Below are positions 1 through 16,220 of a DNA stretch of 64,000 bases, piece by piece. The position numbers and the translations under genes are program-made. Position 1 is the stretch's first letter, and every line of letters begins with the position of its first letter. Below the pieces are notes generated by a model that was not told where the DNA came from, did no database searches, and was given only the letters and a program-made list of their open reading frames with translations. The DNA is from the human T2T-CHM13v2.0 reference genome, Homo sapiens: the NCBI RefSeq assembly GCF_009914755.1, contig NC_060936.1. One strand, written 5' to 3'.

Positions 1-535
1 AACAGTCAATTGATTTCTGACAAAAATGCAGTCAATTCAGTGAAGAAAGGATAGTCTTTTCAACAAATGGTCCTGGAACAATTGCCTTTTCCATACACAC
101 ACACACACACACACACAAAGAACTTCAAGTTGCTCCCCACGCCATATACAAAAATAGGATCAAAATAAATCAGAGGCCTGAATTAAAAACCTAAACTATA
201 AACCTCCTAAAAAAAAATACAGGAGAAAATCATTTTGATCTTGGGTTAAGACTTCTCAGATATAACACCAAAAGCACAGTCCATAAAAGAAAAAACTGAC
301 AAACTGGATTTCATCAAAATGAAGAACTTCAAAATCCACTACTCTTCAAAATCCACTGTTACATAAATGACAAGATATACCAGACTCAGGGGAAAAACTG
401 CAAATCATAAATCTTATAAAGCACTTGCATCCAGAATAAAGAACTCTCAAAACTAAATGATAGGAAAATAAACAATCAAAATTTTTTTAATGGGCAAAAC
501 ATTCAAATGGACACTTCACCAAAAAAGATTAAGTA
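1..535 (+). mobile_element. Old L1M ORF2 3' fragment, containing a (CA)n tract at ~94-117
   Basis: L1 ORF2-type motifs (ggatagtcttttcaacaaatgg, aaacctaaaactataa, gacacttcaccaaa). Confidence 0.8.
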
Positions 536-539
536 AACA

Positions 540-1575
<1,036 letters not shown>

Positions 1576-2036
1576 TACACGAAATATGCAGTGGGAGTTC
1601 TAGAAGGTCAGTAAAGAGAGAAAGAGGCAGAAAAGAAGTTTTGAAGAAATAATCGCCAAAAACTTCCCTAATTTAATGAAAAACATTAATTGACACATCT
1701 AAACAGCCCAACAAATCCAAAGAAACCTGCAAATGCTGAAACACAAAGAGGAAATCTTTAAAAAGGAGCGAGAGAAAAATGACTTCACATACAGGGCAAC
1801 AACAATATTATTAACGTTGATTTCTCATCAGAAATGACATGGAAAAAACAAATTTTTTTAAAGAAACACAAAAAACTCACCACTAAAAATTCTATATTCA
1901 GCAAAACTGCCCTTCAAAAATGAAGATGAAATAAAGACATTTTCAGATAGATAACCAAAGACGAAGACAAGTCGCTGCTGTGAGACATGCCTTATGAGAA
2001 ATAACAATGGAAGTCCCTCAGGATAAAAGGAAGTCA

Positions 2037-2450
<414 letters not shown>

Positions 2451-4297
2451 CTACATAAAGGAATAATTATAGTACTGTGTCGCTGAGTTTGTAATACATA
2501 CAGCTGTAATATATATAATAATAATAGCACCAAAAAGAGAAAAAACAGATAACACTGGAGGAAAGTTTCTATAATTTATCAGAATTTAGTATTATTCTGA
2601 AGGAGACTGTAATTAAGTTAAAAGGCATATTGTAATCCCTAACAATATAGCAAAAGAAATCAACAGAAATAAAAAGATACACTAAAGAATATTTAACACA
2701 GAAAGATGGTAAAGAAAAGAGGAAAAAGCAAAAAACAAATGAGACAAATAGAAAACAAATATGAAAAATGCAGATGTAAATCCAATAATATCAACAATTA
2801 CATTACATGTGAATGAACTAAACACTCTATTCAAAGGGGGGATTATATTACAATGGATTACAAAACCTAACTATAGGCTGTCAACAAGAGATAAATCTTC
2901 AATTCAAAGACATAAACAGGTTAAAATTAAAAGGATTTTTTTAAAAAAATACACCATAGAAACAGTAACCACAAAAAAAACTAGAGTGGCTATAGTACCA
3001 AGAAAAATAGATTTTAAGATAAGAAATATTACAGACAAAGGAGGCCATTTCATAATGAAAACAGGGTCACTATATCAGGAAGATATAACAATAACTGTCC
3101 ATCTAACCAAAGAACCCCAAAATACATGAAGCAAAAAAAGAGATAATTAAAAAGAGAAATAGGTAATTCAACAGAAACAGCTGAAGACTGCAATGACTGA
3201 TAGAAAAAGACAGAAAATCTGCAAGGATATAGAAGTCTTGACTAACCTCATCAATAAACTTGACATAACTGACAGAAAATACCACCCAATGATTGCAGAA
3301 TATACAACCTTTTTACAAACACAAGGAAAATTTTCCAGGATACACCACATACTGGGGCACAAGACAAGTCTCAATAAAATTTAAAAGATTGAACTCATAA
3401 AAAATGTGTGATCTGATCACAATGGAATTAGTCATCCGAACAAAAATAAATCTAGGAACACCTCAATTATTGGTAAATTTTAAAACATACCTCTAAATAA
3501 CCCATTGATCAAAGAAGAAATTGCAAGGAAAAATTTTAAAATATATTTCGAATTGAATGAAAACAAAACACAGCAAACCAAAATGTACAGAATGCAACTA
3601 AAGCAGTGCTTAGAAGGAAATGTATAGTTTTAAACATTTATATGAGAAAAGAAAAAAGGTCTCAAACCAATAATCTAAGCTTCCATCTTAGGAAACTAGA
3701 AAAATAAGGAGCAGAGGGGATATTAAACCCAAAACAAGCAGAAAAATAATAATTTTGTAGTGTGGAAATCAGTGAAATAGAAAATATAGATATGAAAAAT
3801 AATCAGTGAAATAAAAGGTTGGTTCTTTGGAAAGATCAACAAAATCGAAAAAAAAAAAAAAACTTCACTATACTGACCAAGAAAATAAGAGATACAAATT
3901 ACCAAAATCAAGAATGAAAGAGGGAAAATTATTGCCAACCTTAAATTATTAAAGGATTTCTTAATACAAACTTCGTATCAACAAATTAGATAATTTATAT
4001 GAAATGGACTACACTTCCTAGAACATACAAATTACCAAAACTCTAGAAGAAAGAGAAAATCTGAATAGACCTATAACAAGAAGTGAAGAAACTGAACCAA
4101 TAATTTTAAATATTCCCACAAAGAAATGGCCAGGCCCCCACAACTGCACTAATGAATGCTATCAAACATTTAAAGCAGTAAGAGCAAGATCACGAGCAAC
4201 CAACAGACTAATATCCCTCAGGAACATATACCCAAAATTCCTTAATAATAATCAGACAAACCATATTCAACAACATATAACAGAGATTATACAGCAC

Positions 4298-4623
<326 letters not shown>

Positions 4624-4991
4624 TTACAGCATGACCAAGTGTGATCTGTCCCAGGAATACAGGGTGGGTTTAATCTCCAACAATCAATTAATATATAGCA
4701 TACTAACAATAAAAATCATATAACCATATCATCAGATGCAGGAAAAAACATGACAAAATCTAACACCCACTCATGATTAAAAACTTGCAACAAACTAGGA
4801 ACATAAGGGAGCTTCCTTAACCTTCTTCAAAGGGCATCTATAGAAAATCTACAGCTAACATTATACCTGATGGCAAAAATCTGCATGTTTTCCCCCTAAG
4901 ACTGGGAGTAATGCAATGCACATTCAACACTTCTCTTCAACATCTTACTGGAGGGTCTAACCCAAGAATTAAAGCAAAAATGAAGAAATAA

Positions 4992-5361
<370 letters not shown>

Positions 5362-7639
5362 GATTGCATTTTTTTGTGCTAACAATGAACAATTTGAAAT
5401 CAAATCATGAAAACTCCATTTCCAAGAGCATCAAAATTATAACAGTCTTAGGAATAAATTTAACCAAATAAGTGCACGATTTGTACACTGAAAAGTAAAA
5501 AACATTATTAAGAGAAATGAAAGATCTAAGTAAATGGAGAGATATTACATGTTCATGGATTGGAAGACTCAAGATGGTTAAGTTAGTGATTCTTCCCATA
5601 TTGATGGATAGATTCAATGCAAATCCTACAAACATCAGATGTGTTTTTGTAGAAATTAACAAGCTGATCCTAAATTGTATATGGAAATGGAAAGAGCATA
5701 GAACCAATTTTGAAAAAGAAGAAAATGTTACACTACTTATTTTGAAACTTACTATAAAACTGCAGTAATCAAGACAGAATAGTGTTGGAGTAAGGATAGG
5801 TTTATAGACATGAGTCTTGGAATAAATTCTTACATTATAGTCAACTGATATTTTACAAAGATGCCAATACAATTGAAGGGAAAAGAACAGTCTTTTTAAC
5901 AAATGGTACTGGATAATTTGGCATTCACATTTTTAAAAAATGAACTTAGATCCTCTTCTTACATCAAATGCACGGTTAATTCAATATGAATCTTATATTT
6001 AAAGGAAAGAGCTCAAAGAAGACCTTTGGGAGCTCAAAGAAAAATCTTTGGGACCTTGGATTAGGCAAAAAGTTCGTATACATAACATGAAAGTACGTGC
6101 CACACACACAAAAGAAATGACTTCATTAAAAACTTTTGCACTTCAAAAGACAACAGTAAAAATATGAAAAGCCAAGACACCAACTGGGAGAAATATTTGC
6201 AAATCTTATCTCTGATATTAAAAACAATACAAACTTTCATCCAGCATATATAAAGAACTCTTACAACTCAGTAAGACCAAAAAAAAAAAAAAAAAACCCA
6301 GCTAAAAAATGGGCAAATGCCTTAAACAGATATTCCACCAAATGGCCAATAACCACAGAAAAAGGTGTCCAACATTACTGTGCAGGGAAATGCAAATTAA
6401 AATTACAATGGGATACTACTAGATACTAACTAGAATGGCTATAATTAAAAAGATAATACCAACTGTTGGTGAGGATGTGGAGAAACTGGAATCATCATAC
6501 ATTGCTGGTAGGATGTAATTGGTACAGCTACTTTGGAAAACATTTTGACAGTTTCTTTAAAAGTTAAAAATAAGCTTACCATATAATTCAACAATTCCAC
6601 TCCTAGGAATTTACCCAAAACAAATGAATACATATGCTCACACAAGGAATTACAGACAAATCTTCATAGCAGCATTATTCATAACAGCCAAAAACTGGAA
6701 ACCATCCAATGTCTATCACCTAGTGAATGGGAAATACTATTCACTGGTTACCAGTAAATGGGAAATACTATTCACCAATACTATTCAACTGGTGAATGGA
6801 AAATACACACGAATACTATGCAACAATTAAAAAGAACAAAACATTGATATACATACATTAAATAAACCTCAAAAGCATGAAGTTAAAGAAGCCAGATGCA
6901 AAAGACTACTGTATTGATTCCATTTATATGAAATATGTAGAAAAGACAAATTTATAGTGATAGAAAGTAGATCAGTGGTTCTCTGGGGCTGTGGGAAGGA
7001 GTTACCTTAAATGCAAATAAGCTTGAGAGAATCTAGGAGACTGATAAAATGTCAGAAATTGCCTTGTGATGACAGTCGCACAACTCTATAAAGTTGCTAA
7101 AAACCATTAAATTGTACACTTACAATGAGTGGTTTTTATGGTAGGTAAAATATATCTCAATAAAGCTGTTTAAAAAGGGCTAGGTAGAAGAAAGAAGTTA
7201 TCTCTTCCAAACTTTGGAAAATTTGTTGATAGTTGTAGTAATCAAGGCTGAGTTCAAAGGATGACCAAGCAAAAAGAATCCAGGTTCTTAAAGATTATCA
7301 CTAAGCCACTTAATTGACAATCTTAGAACCACCTATCTCCAGACTTCTTACATGTGAGATAATACAATTTCCTTCTTAAGGCTTTAAAAAAGAAAAAGAA
7401 AAAAGAATAACGTTGCTAATTCTAAGGGACACAGGACATGTTCATTCCATTACAGAAAATTTGTAATATCATCCATAGAGGAAGATATCAAAGAAAAGGC
7501 AGGAATTTTGGTGGATCTTGAAGGATGAAAGAATATGACGGGGGATGGGGAAGGAAAAGAAGGGTATGTAGTTCAGAAGAGTCATTAATAATGGCAAGGA
7601 TAAAAATCAACAATGCCCACTAAAAGTCAAGTTTACAGC

Positions 7640-8620
7640 TTACCTTATTTTAATCCATACATTAAGGACCAAAAAATTAAGTAACTGGTTCAAAAAGTTA
7701 CGCAGCTAGTAATCTAACCTTCACTCTCAGGATCCAGGCTCCAAAGTACATACTCTTTCCTCTGTTACGCTGCTAAACAAGGACTTAAACTACCCCCATT
7801 TGCAAGTTCAGATCTTTGTAGAGGGCATCTTTATTTAGATAGGTTTACATTTATAGGACTACACACTCAATGTTTCTTGAGCAACAATTTCCATTTAATC
7901 AATAAACTAAATGTGATGTGCATTCTTTCTTTGGTTTCCAAAACGTTACCCTACTCTGGTTTTCCTACCTTCTTTCTCCCCCTTCCTATTACATGCTGGT
8001 GTTCACAAGCTCTCTTCTGATTCTACACAACTCTCACTAGGAACCTCATCTATACCTGGTATTTCAACTACCACTAACGTTGATGACTCTTCTCTCTCTC
8101 CAACTTCAAGAATTGTTTTCCTAGTTTTCTTTGACTAACTTCCTCCGGGCCAAGTTGAATACTGCTCTGTACACCCTACAACTACACTTACAAGATTCTA
8201 AAGAGACATTCCTCAATTTTTGTGTATTCTTTCTAGTTCTAGGCCAGGTATTCTTCCTACATGCCCCAAAACACATTCTTATCTATCCTTATAGCATTTA
8301 ACATGCTTTATTACAAATTACTAATTACTTTGTCCATTTCTCCCATCAGAGAATAAGGTGCTTGAGACTTAGCACTATGTCTTATTCACAATCTCCCCAG
8401 TGCCTAGCATAGCATGAGACACATAATAGGCACTCAAATATTGATTAAACCCATATATAAGAGAAATAAAATTTGCTTTAAATTGGAAGCATACCATTTC
8501 TGAAGGAAACTTTCAGAGATTTATGTTTTCAAATGAGAAAATAGGCCATGAAAGGTGAAGTGACTCACCCAGTCAAGCCTTGGTCTCCTGAATCACAATT
8601 CTCTTCCCACAAAATTACAG
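7640..8620. mobile_element. Degenerate MIR and L2 fragments
   Basis: L2 3'-end motif (cagtgcctagcatagcatgagacacataataggcactcaaat) and MIR core-like segments. Confidence 0.55.
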
Positions 8621-8626
8621 TGCCTA

Positions 8627-8920
<294 letters not shown>

Positions 8921-9155
8921 AATTAGAGTACCTATTAAATTGTGCTTAGTGATCTCAGCTTTCTATGAAGCTCTAGAAGTAATACAAAAATGTTATAAAG
9001 AACCATTTCAACTTCATCCACTCCAGCTCTGGCTGGCTATATCAGTTGTAGAGAAGTCTGTTATTACATAATACTTTTTCTGCCCAGAATAATCTTTAAT
9101 TGAACCAGTATTTTCACGTGTCCTTCACACAAAAAATAATTCAATACATATTTAT

Positions 9156-9946
9156 TGAGACATGAAGCCAGCTGGGATTCTGGGTCCGGTGTGGACTTGG
9201 AGAACTTTTCTGTCTAGCTAAAGGATTGCAAATGCACCAATCAGCGCTCTGTGTCTAACTAAAGGTTTGTAAACGCACCAATCAGCACTCTGTAAAAACG
9301 GACCAATCAGCACTCTGTAAAATGGACCAATCAGCTCTCTGTAAAATGGACCAATTAGCAGGATGTGGGTGGGGCCAAATAAGGGAAGAAGAGCTAGGCA
9401 CCTGAGCCAGCAGCAGCAACCCACACGGGTCCCCTTCCATGCCGTGGAAGCTCTGTTCTTTTGCTCTTCGCAATAAATCTTGCTGCTGCTCACTCTTTGG
9501 GTCCACACTGCCTTTATGAGCTGTAACACTCACCACGAAGGTCCGCAGCTTCACTCCTGAAGCCAGCGAGACCACGAACCCACCGGGAGGAATGAACAAT
9601 GCCGGACGCGCCACCTTTAAGAGCTGTAACACTCACTGCGAAAGTCTGCAGCTTCACTCCTGAAGCCAGCAATACCACGAACCCACCGGGAGGAATGAAC
9701 AACTCCGGACGCGCCACCTTTAAGAGCTGTAGCACTCACTGCAAAAGTCTGCAGTCTCACTCCTGAAGTCAGCAAGACCATGAACCCACCAGAAGGAAGA
9801 AACTCCGGACACATCTGAACATCTGAAGGAACAAACTCCGGACACACCATCTTTAAGAACTGCAACATTCACCACGAGGGTCCGCAGCTTCATTCTTGAA
9901 GTCAGCGAGACCAAGAACCCACCAGAATGAACCAATTCCGGACACA
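9156..9946 (+). mobile_element. Solo LTR12-family (ERV9) LTR
   Basis: TG...CA ends, 4-bp TSD TTAT (9152-9155, 9947-9950), repeated accaatcagc boxes and ~103-bp gagctgtaacactcac repeats typical of LTR12. Confidence 0.92.
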
Positions 9947-10572
9947 TTATCATGCATCTCTATGTGGAAAACAATGTGAAAGAAGTTATAATTCATCAGT
10001 ACTCTAAAAAATATCCTTAAGAGCATATATTGCATGCCCCTTAAGTTTAACAATATCTGAAATAGCTGCCTTAAAACAAAATGCAATCACACTTGAGAGA
10101 GGCTGAATATGAACATCAGAGATAGGCAATGCAACTTCATCAGGAAAATCCCTATAGTCCAATGCTACTGTTTTCAAGGGTTGCTATATTATACTGCAAT
10201 TGTGTTACTGGGCAACAACTCAGAAGCTAGAATGGCAAATTCACTCAAGAAGTAACTGAATCAAACGAATATTTATGAAAGCATTCTGAGACTCAACTTC
10301 ACTTTCTATATCTTCAACTGAAGTAACTCTTTGTTATAAGCATTAGATACAGGATTTTTGGTGAGACTGTAAAAACTACATGGACATTTTATAGACATAT
10401 TTTGAGACAGAAGATAGGTGCTTTCCAAAAGGGAATGGCCAGGTTTAGGTTCCTACTAACTCTGAATTTTAATCCAAAAGCAATCTGAAGTCACAATATA
10501 CAGAAGGCAAATAACTGGGCATTTCCTTAATTTCTTCCATCCTGGATTATAGCTCAGTTAAAAGAAATAGTA

Positions 10573-10919
<347 letters not shown>

Positions 10920-11244
10920 CTAGAGAGGGCAGTCCTGATGAAAAAAATATAATTAATAAACTGATATTCTACTAGGAACCAGGAAATTGACCAAACTCCC
11001 CAAGCCCACTGAAGAATAGTGCCAGCATTCCTGAGAGTCCTTACTGCTGGTATTGCCATGGGAAATTCTCAAATACTCACTTTCTAGGAACAGAATCTTT
11101 ATTTCTGATTCCGTGAATTCCCACTCTTCAATCTTTTTTATAGTTTACTGTTGCCATTTCCCCTTCACTTACTCTCTTCTCTCAACAACCTTACTTTCAT
11201 GATACTTACAAAAGTGGGGGAAAGTAGAAATGCCTATCTGTCAT

Positions 11245-11620
11245 TGTATTAGTCCATTTTCATATTGCTATAAAGAACTGCCTGAGATTGGGTAATTTAT
11301 AAAGGAAAGAGGTTTAATTGATTCACAGTTCCACATGGCTGGAGAGGCGTCAGAAAACTTACAATCATGGCAGAAGGTGAAGGGGAAGCAAGGCACCTTC
11401 TTCACAAGGTAGCAGGAAGGAGAATGAATGCAGGAGGAACTACCAAACACTTATAAAACCACCAGATCTCATGAGAACTCACTGTCACGAGGAACAGTAT
11501 GGGGGAAACCGCCGCCATGATCCAATTCCCTCCACCTGGTCTCTTCCCTGACACATGGGGATTATGGGGATTATAATTCAAGGTGAGATTTGGGTGGGGA
11601 CACAAAGCCTAATCATATCA
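11245..11620 (-). mobile_element. Solo THE1 (THE1D-like) MaLR LTR
   Basis: tgtattagtccattttc...aatcatatca; 5-bp TSD GTCAT (11240-11244, 11621-11625). Confidence 0.9.
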
Positions 11621-12714
11621 GTCATCTTTAAGAAACATTTATTCAGCAACTTGTATTTGGAAAAGACTAAGGATACAGCTCATCGAGATCTGAAGTCCTG
11701 CCCTTAATAAGCTTACAATCTAGTTAGGAAGTCAAGAAAGCTAAAATAATACAATAAAAAGTATAAGTATCAAATAAATTTAACTCACAAATACATACTA
11801 TTCCTATGTATGTATGTATGAGGTCATGGTGGAGTTGAACCTTATAGAAAAGGTACAATTTAGATTTTAAGAAAGAAGGGAATAAGATCAGGTCACGGGG
11901 GATAGAAAGATATGCAGACTAATATGGAAAGGATAAAGTACAGAGCAGGTTTAGGGGATAGTGAAGAAACCAATCTGGGCAGAGACACCTTTTCCATAAA
12001 GAACATACACTTGAAAAGGCAAGGTGAGAGGATTTCAAATAATTCACCTTAAGTCAAGAAACATGAACTTGGGTTAAAAGGAAGTTTTTTACACAGATTT
12101 ACACACATTCCCTAAAAGCACATAGGTTAAACAATGTGGGCAATTTACTTATGGAACCTAATATGTATGACAAAATTAAAAGCAAGCTCATCTACTTTTA
12201 GGCAAAGAGACAGTACCTGGGGGTGGGGAAATTCTGACAATTCACTAAAATTCACTAATCTTTCTGTTAAGATTTCACTCTAAGCTTCTTGAATTAGAAC
12301 ATCCCATGACATAATGCTGATTTCTGATTACTAAGGATTATACGAGTCATTCTTGATTTGTCTCCTCCATCTTGCCCAACTTTTGAATATTTCATTACTT
12401 CAACATCAGCATATAGAAAAAAGGAGGAGAGAACTAAAATTAAGTCCATGGATTTTAGCAATACATAAGGGTATCTGACATAAAGAACATTAAACTTCAA
12501 GTTCCAATTCCCATTATTAATAGATTTCAAAGAAGTCATTTAGTCTCATCATGTCTCAAATTTTCTCACATACTTGCTTACTTGAAAGGTTATTGATTGA
12601 AAAGATCATTCAAAAAGTGCTCTAAAAACTAACAACTTGCCATAAAAATTTTATCATTAAGGGTTCAATAAGAGGAGACAGTGAGGTGACTGGTAAACCA
12701 AGGATTAAAAACTA

Positions 12715-13025
<311 letters not shown>

Positions 13026-13250
13026 AAACTACCTGTGAATAATCAGTGTTTCATTCTCCCAGTGCTGCATGGAATTCTAAATTGTATTTCACTATTATTT
13101 GAGAATGTTCTAAATACAGTCCGCGCACTTCATCTGATCTGGAAAGAAAACACTCAAAGTAAGGGGAATACCCAGCATACTCTGTCCTAAATAACCAAAG
13201 GACAACTCAAAACCATTTGCAACTCTCAGGAGAGTCCTGTGTGACACTTA

Positions 13251-13560
<310 letters not shown>

Positions 13561-14329
13561 AAGCATTCTAACAATTCTGAACAAACTGAGTTTGAAATCA
13601 AACCTCAATACAAAAGGTGAGTATTAATTCTAACCACTTACAGGCTAAATTCATAAATATGGAAAATTCTAAATCCAGGTAACTGTAGGATAGATACCTT
13701 TAATTGTGTTTTAGTTAAATGTCAGACTTGTTTACAGACATGTTGCTTGGTAACAGAAGCACTGCTTTAACAACCCACTCTGTTTTAGAGCTGCTTAAAG
13801 TCTGAACAGATTATGAAGTATATATCATATACACGAAATTCAGACAAGTCTTTCCTTATCCTAGAGATCTGTAAGATTTGAAAGAGCTTCCTCATTTCAG
13901 CTAACTAAAGGCTTTACAAATACTTAGCAGTGGATATTCTTAAGAGCAAAATGCCCATTGATTATGGTCAAAAGTTGGACACTGAGGATTAACCAAAGTA
14001 TTTAAACCCAGCATATGCTAACATATTTTAGGTGTTTATCTCAGTAATGACAGTCGACATCACTGTTCATTCAAATTGTCTTCAAAGCCAAGGAAAATGG
14101 TAGCATAGCTTTTTCATCGTAAATTAAGCTGGAGGTACTTAAACGTCTGGCCAATTACCAAACTGGCTACACAACCACCAAGCCAGAGTGCATCCAAAAG
14201 CTCCATGAAGAGTTTCACGTGCGTCTCTCTGCCTACTTTTCTAGCACGAGCTTCCACTACTTTAACAGGAAAATAAAAAAAGGATTCAAGGGCAGTTTGT
14301 GGAGGGACAAAATGAGTATTCCAAAATAC

Positions 14330-15400
14330 AAACAAGACACCGTCCCCAGAAAGAGAGGTTACATACCAGACGCACGCACGCTCCTTGCAACCCGCACACG
14401 GAAAACTTAAGTGACCGCAGTTCTGGCCGCGCTCGCCACCGGGGACACCTCCACAGCTCCAACCACAGGCACCCACTCAACTCCGCTTACGGAGGCATTG
14501 GGACTAAGGGTTACGGTCCTACAGCGGGGTGTCGGCCCAGCGAGAGGAAGAGGGCCGAACGGACCCCTCGGGCTCCCGTCCCTAGGGAAATGTGAAGTAT
14601 CCCGGGAGAGGTCCGAGGGCGGCGGCGGCGGCGGTGAAAAGCCCCACTCCTCCGCGTGGACCGGGATCCTCAGGGGTGCGGCGCCACCCCACGTGCTGAC
14701 GTATGGCCCAGAAGCCGCCTCATCGCACCGCCCCACCAGCCTGGAGGAGCGGGCTCTGTCCCTTAGCCCAGCGGCACGCGAAGCAGGAAGTCCCACCCCC
14801 CACGCCGACGTCACCCACGCCACCGACGCCGGTTGCTGCCGGAGCCGTTAGAGGGAGGAGACAAACGAACCGAGGCGGGAGCGGCCACGGGTGACAGCGG
14901 CAGCGGCGGGGCCGGGCTGCGCTCCCGAAGGCGTTCCTGGAGGGCCCTGGGATGGACTCAGAGATCCCCAGAGCCCCAGGGGACGGAAAATCTAGCCCCG
15001 GGCACTTGCCTTGGAGTCTGAGTGATGCGCGTCGTTGGAGCGCGAAGCCGGTCTCCCTAGCCTCCGCCCGACACAGCGTCTCCAGGGGTTTTCCTCCTTT
15101 TCGCGCCTCTCCTTCCCTCTTCCCCACACCATTTGAGAGCCTCAAATGGTAGTCCTGCCGCCACCTCTCTCCCTTCGCCAGCCTGCCATCGTCCCCATGG
15201 GTGCAGATATGCGCTCCCGAAGCCGCCTGCCTGCCGCGTCTGCCTCGGGCATCAGCCCACGAGTGGGGAGTCGGCTCAGCTTGCCACGAGGGAACCTCGG
15301 GTTAGGACCAATCGCCCGGGAGAGAGCCCTCCTCGCCCCCGCACCTCCTGCTCCAAGTCTCCTGTCCTGGTTATCCCAAGTTCAGGGCCCACCTGGGGTC
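14330..15400. promoter_or_regulatory. CpG island / housekeeping-type promoter
   Basis: Only CpG-dense non-repeat block in the window; (GGC)5 at 14618-14632, E-box CACGTG 14690-14695, CRE-like TGACGTA 14697-14703 and CGACGTCA 14806-14813, ETS-like CAGGAAGT 14784-14791. Confidence 0.92.
14367..14530 (-). other. TUT4: Putative non-coding first exon of a minus-strand gene (tentatively TUT4/ZCCHC11); start boundary approximate, further starts near 14900 possible
   Basis: CTG|GTATGT donor at the edge of the CpG island; antisense bias of L1s in 1-14 kb fits a minus-strand intron. Gene name from recollection of the 5'UTR and locus layout only. Confidence 0.5.
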
Positions 15401-16095
15401 ACATGGGGAACTACTTGTCTTAAGGCTGTAAACAATAGTTGGAAGAGGAGTTGCTAGCTTTTGAGAACTTCCATGATCATCCAAAGTCTGAAACAAAGTA
15501 GGCGGTCAGCCTTTCAAAATACGTGTTGGAAGAAACAGACACCTTCCCATCCCCAGCGTTTGTTCAGTGCCTTGGTTGGGCTTTGATTCTCACTGCTTTG
15601 TGAAGTACAGCTTATTTTTACCCCCAAGATTATGATTTTCAGGCTGTAGTTATTATTGGACAACTGAGAGGTGATTTTGTTGTTGTTGAAATGAGGGAAA
15701 ACGGGCCATTAGAAAGGACCGTGTCTCTTAAGAGGAGGGAAAAAAAGGACAGCGAGTTGGTAATGGAATGTTGCTGGATGGATTACATAGATGAGACATG
15801 GGAGATAGAATAGAGAATCCAGAAATTCTCATGTATGTGTGCGTGTTTAGTATAATAACAGTAGCTCACATTTGCTGAGCATTTGTGTGGCAAGTACTGG
15901 AGTACTTTTTCAGGTTATCTTATTTAACTCTAACATTTCTGTAAGGTAGGTGCAATTGTTATCTCCATTTCACAGAGTTGCCCAAAACCATTACTTTTAA
16001 ACGCTGGAGCCAGACAACTCCAGAAATCTCTGTGGTAGCCAGTAAACTATACATGACAAATTATTGGTCAGTAGGAAAAAGATCATTCGGGAAAT

Positions 16096-16220
16096 GGCGG
16101 TGGCTCACGCCTGTAATCCCAGCACGCTGGGAGGCCAAGGCAGGTGGATCACCTGAGGTCAGGAGTTCGAGACGACCCTGGCCAACATGGTGAAATCCCA
16201 TCTATTAAAAATACAAAAAG
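16096..16220 (+). mobile_element. Alu left monomer only
   Basis: gcggtggctcacgcctgtaatccc...taaaaatacaaaaa with no right arm. Confidence 0.88.

Noticed and set aside
9511-9946. Regular ~103-bp repeats resembling a CRISPR or satellite array
   Set aside because: No unique spacers; these are the normal internal repeats of LTR12.
11515-11530. DUX4 site in the intronic THE1D
   Set aside because: The site reads GAATTGGATCA, two mismatches from TAATTGAATCA.
14487-14498. ATG CCT CC read as the start of a Met-Pro-Pro protein such as VAMP4
   Set aside because: Followed immediately by TAA, and no matching coding exons occur in 1-14 kb.
14114-15457. Many overlapping 60-146 aa ORFs in the CpG island
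   Set aside because: Expected from GC-rich, stop-poor sequence; present in all frames on both strands with no recognisable domain.
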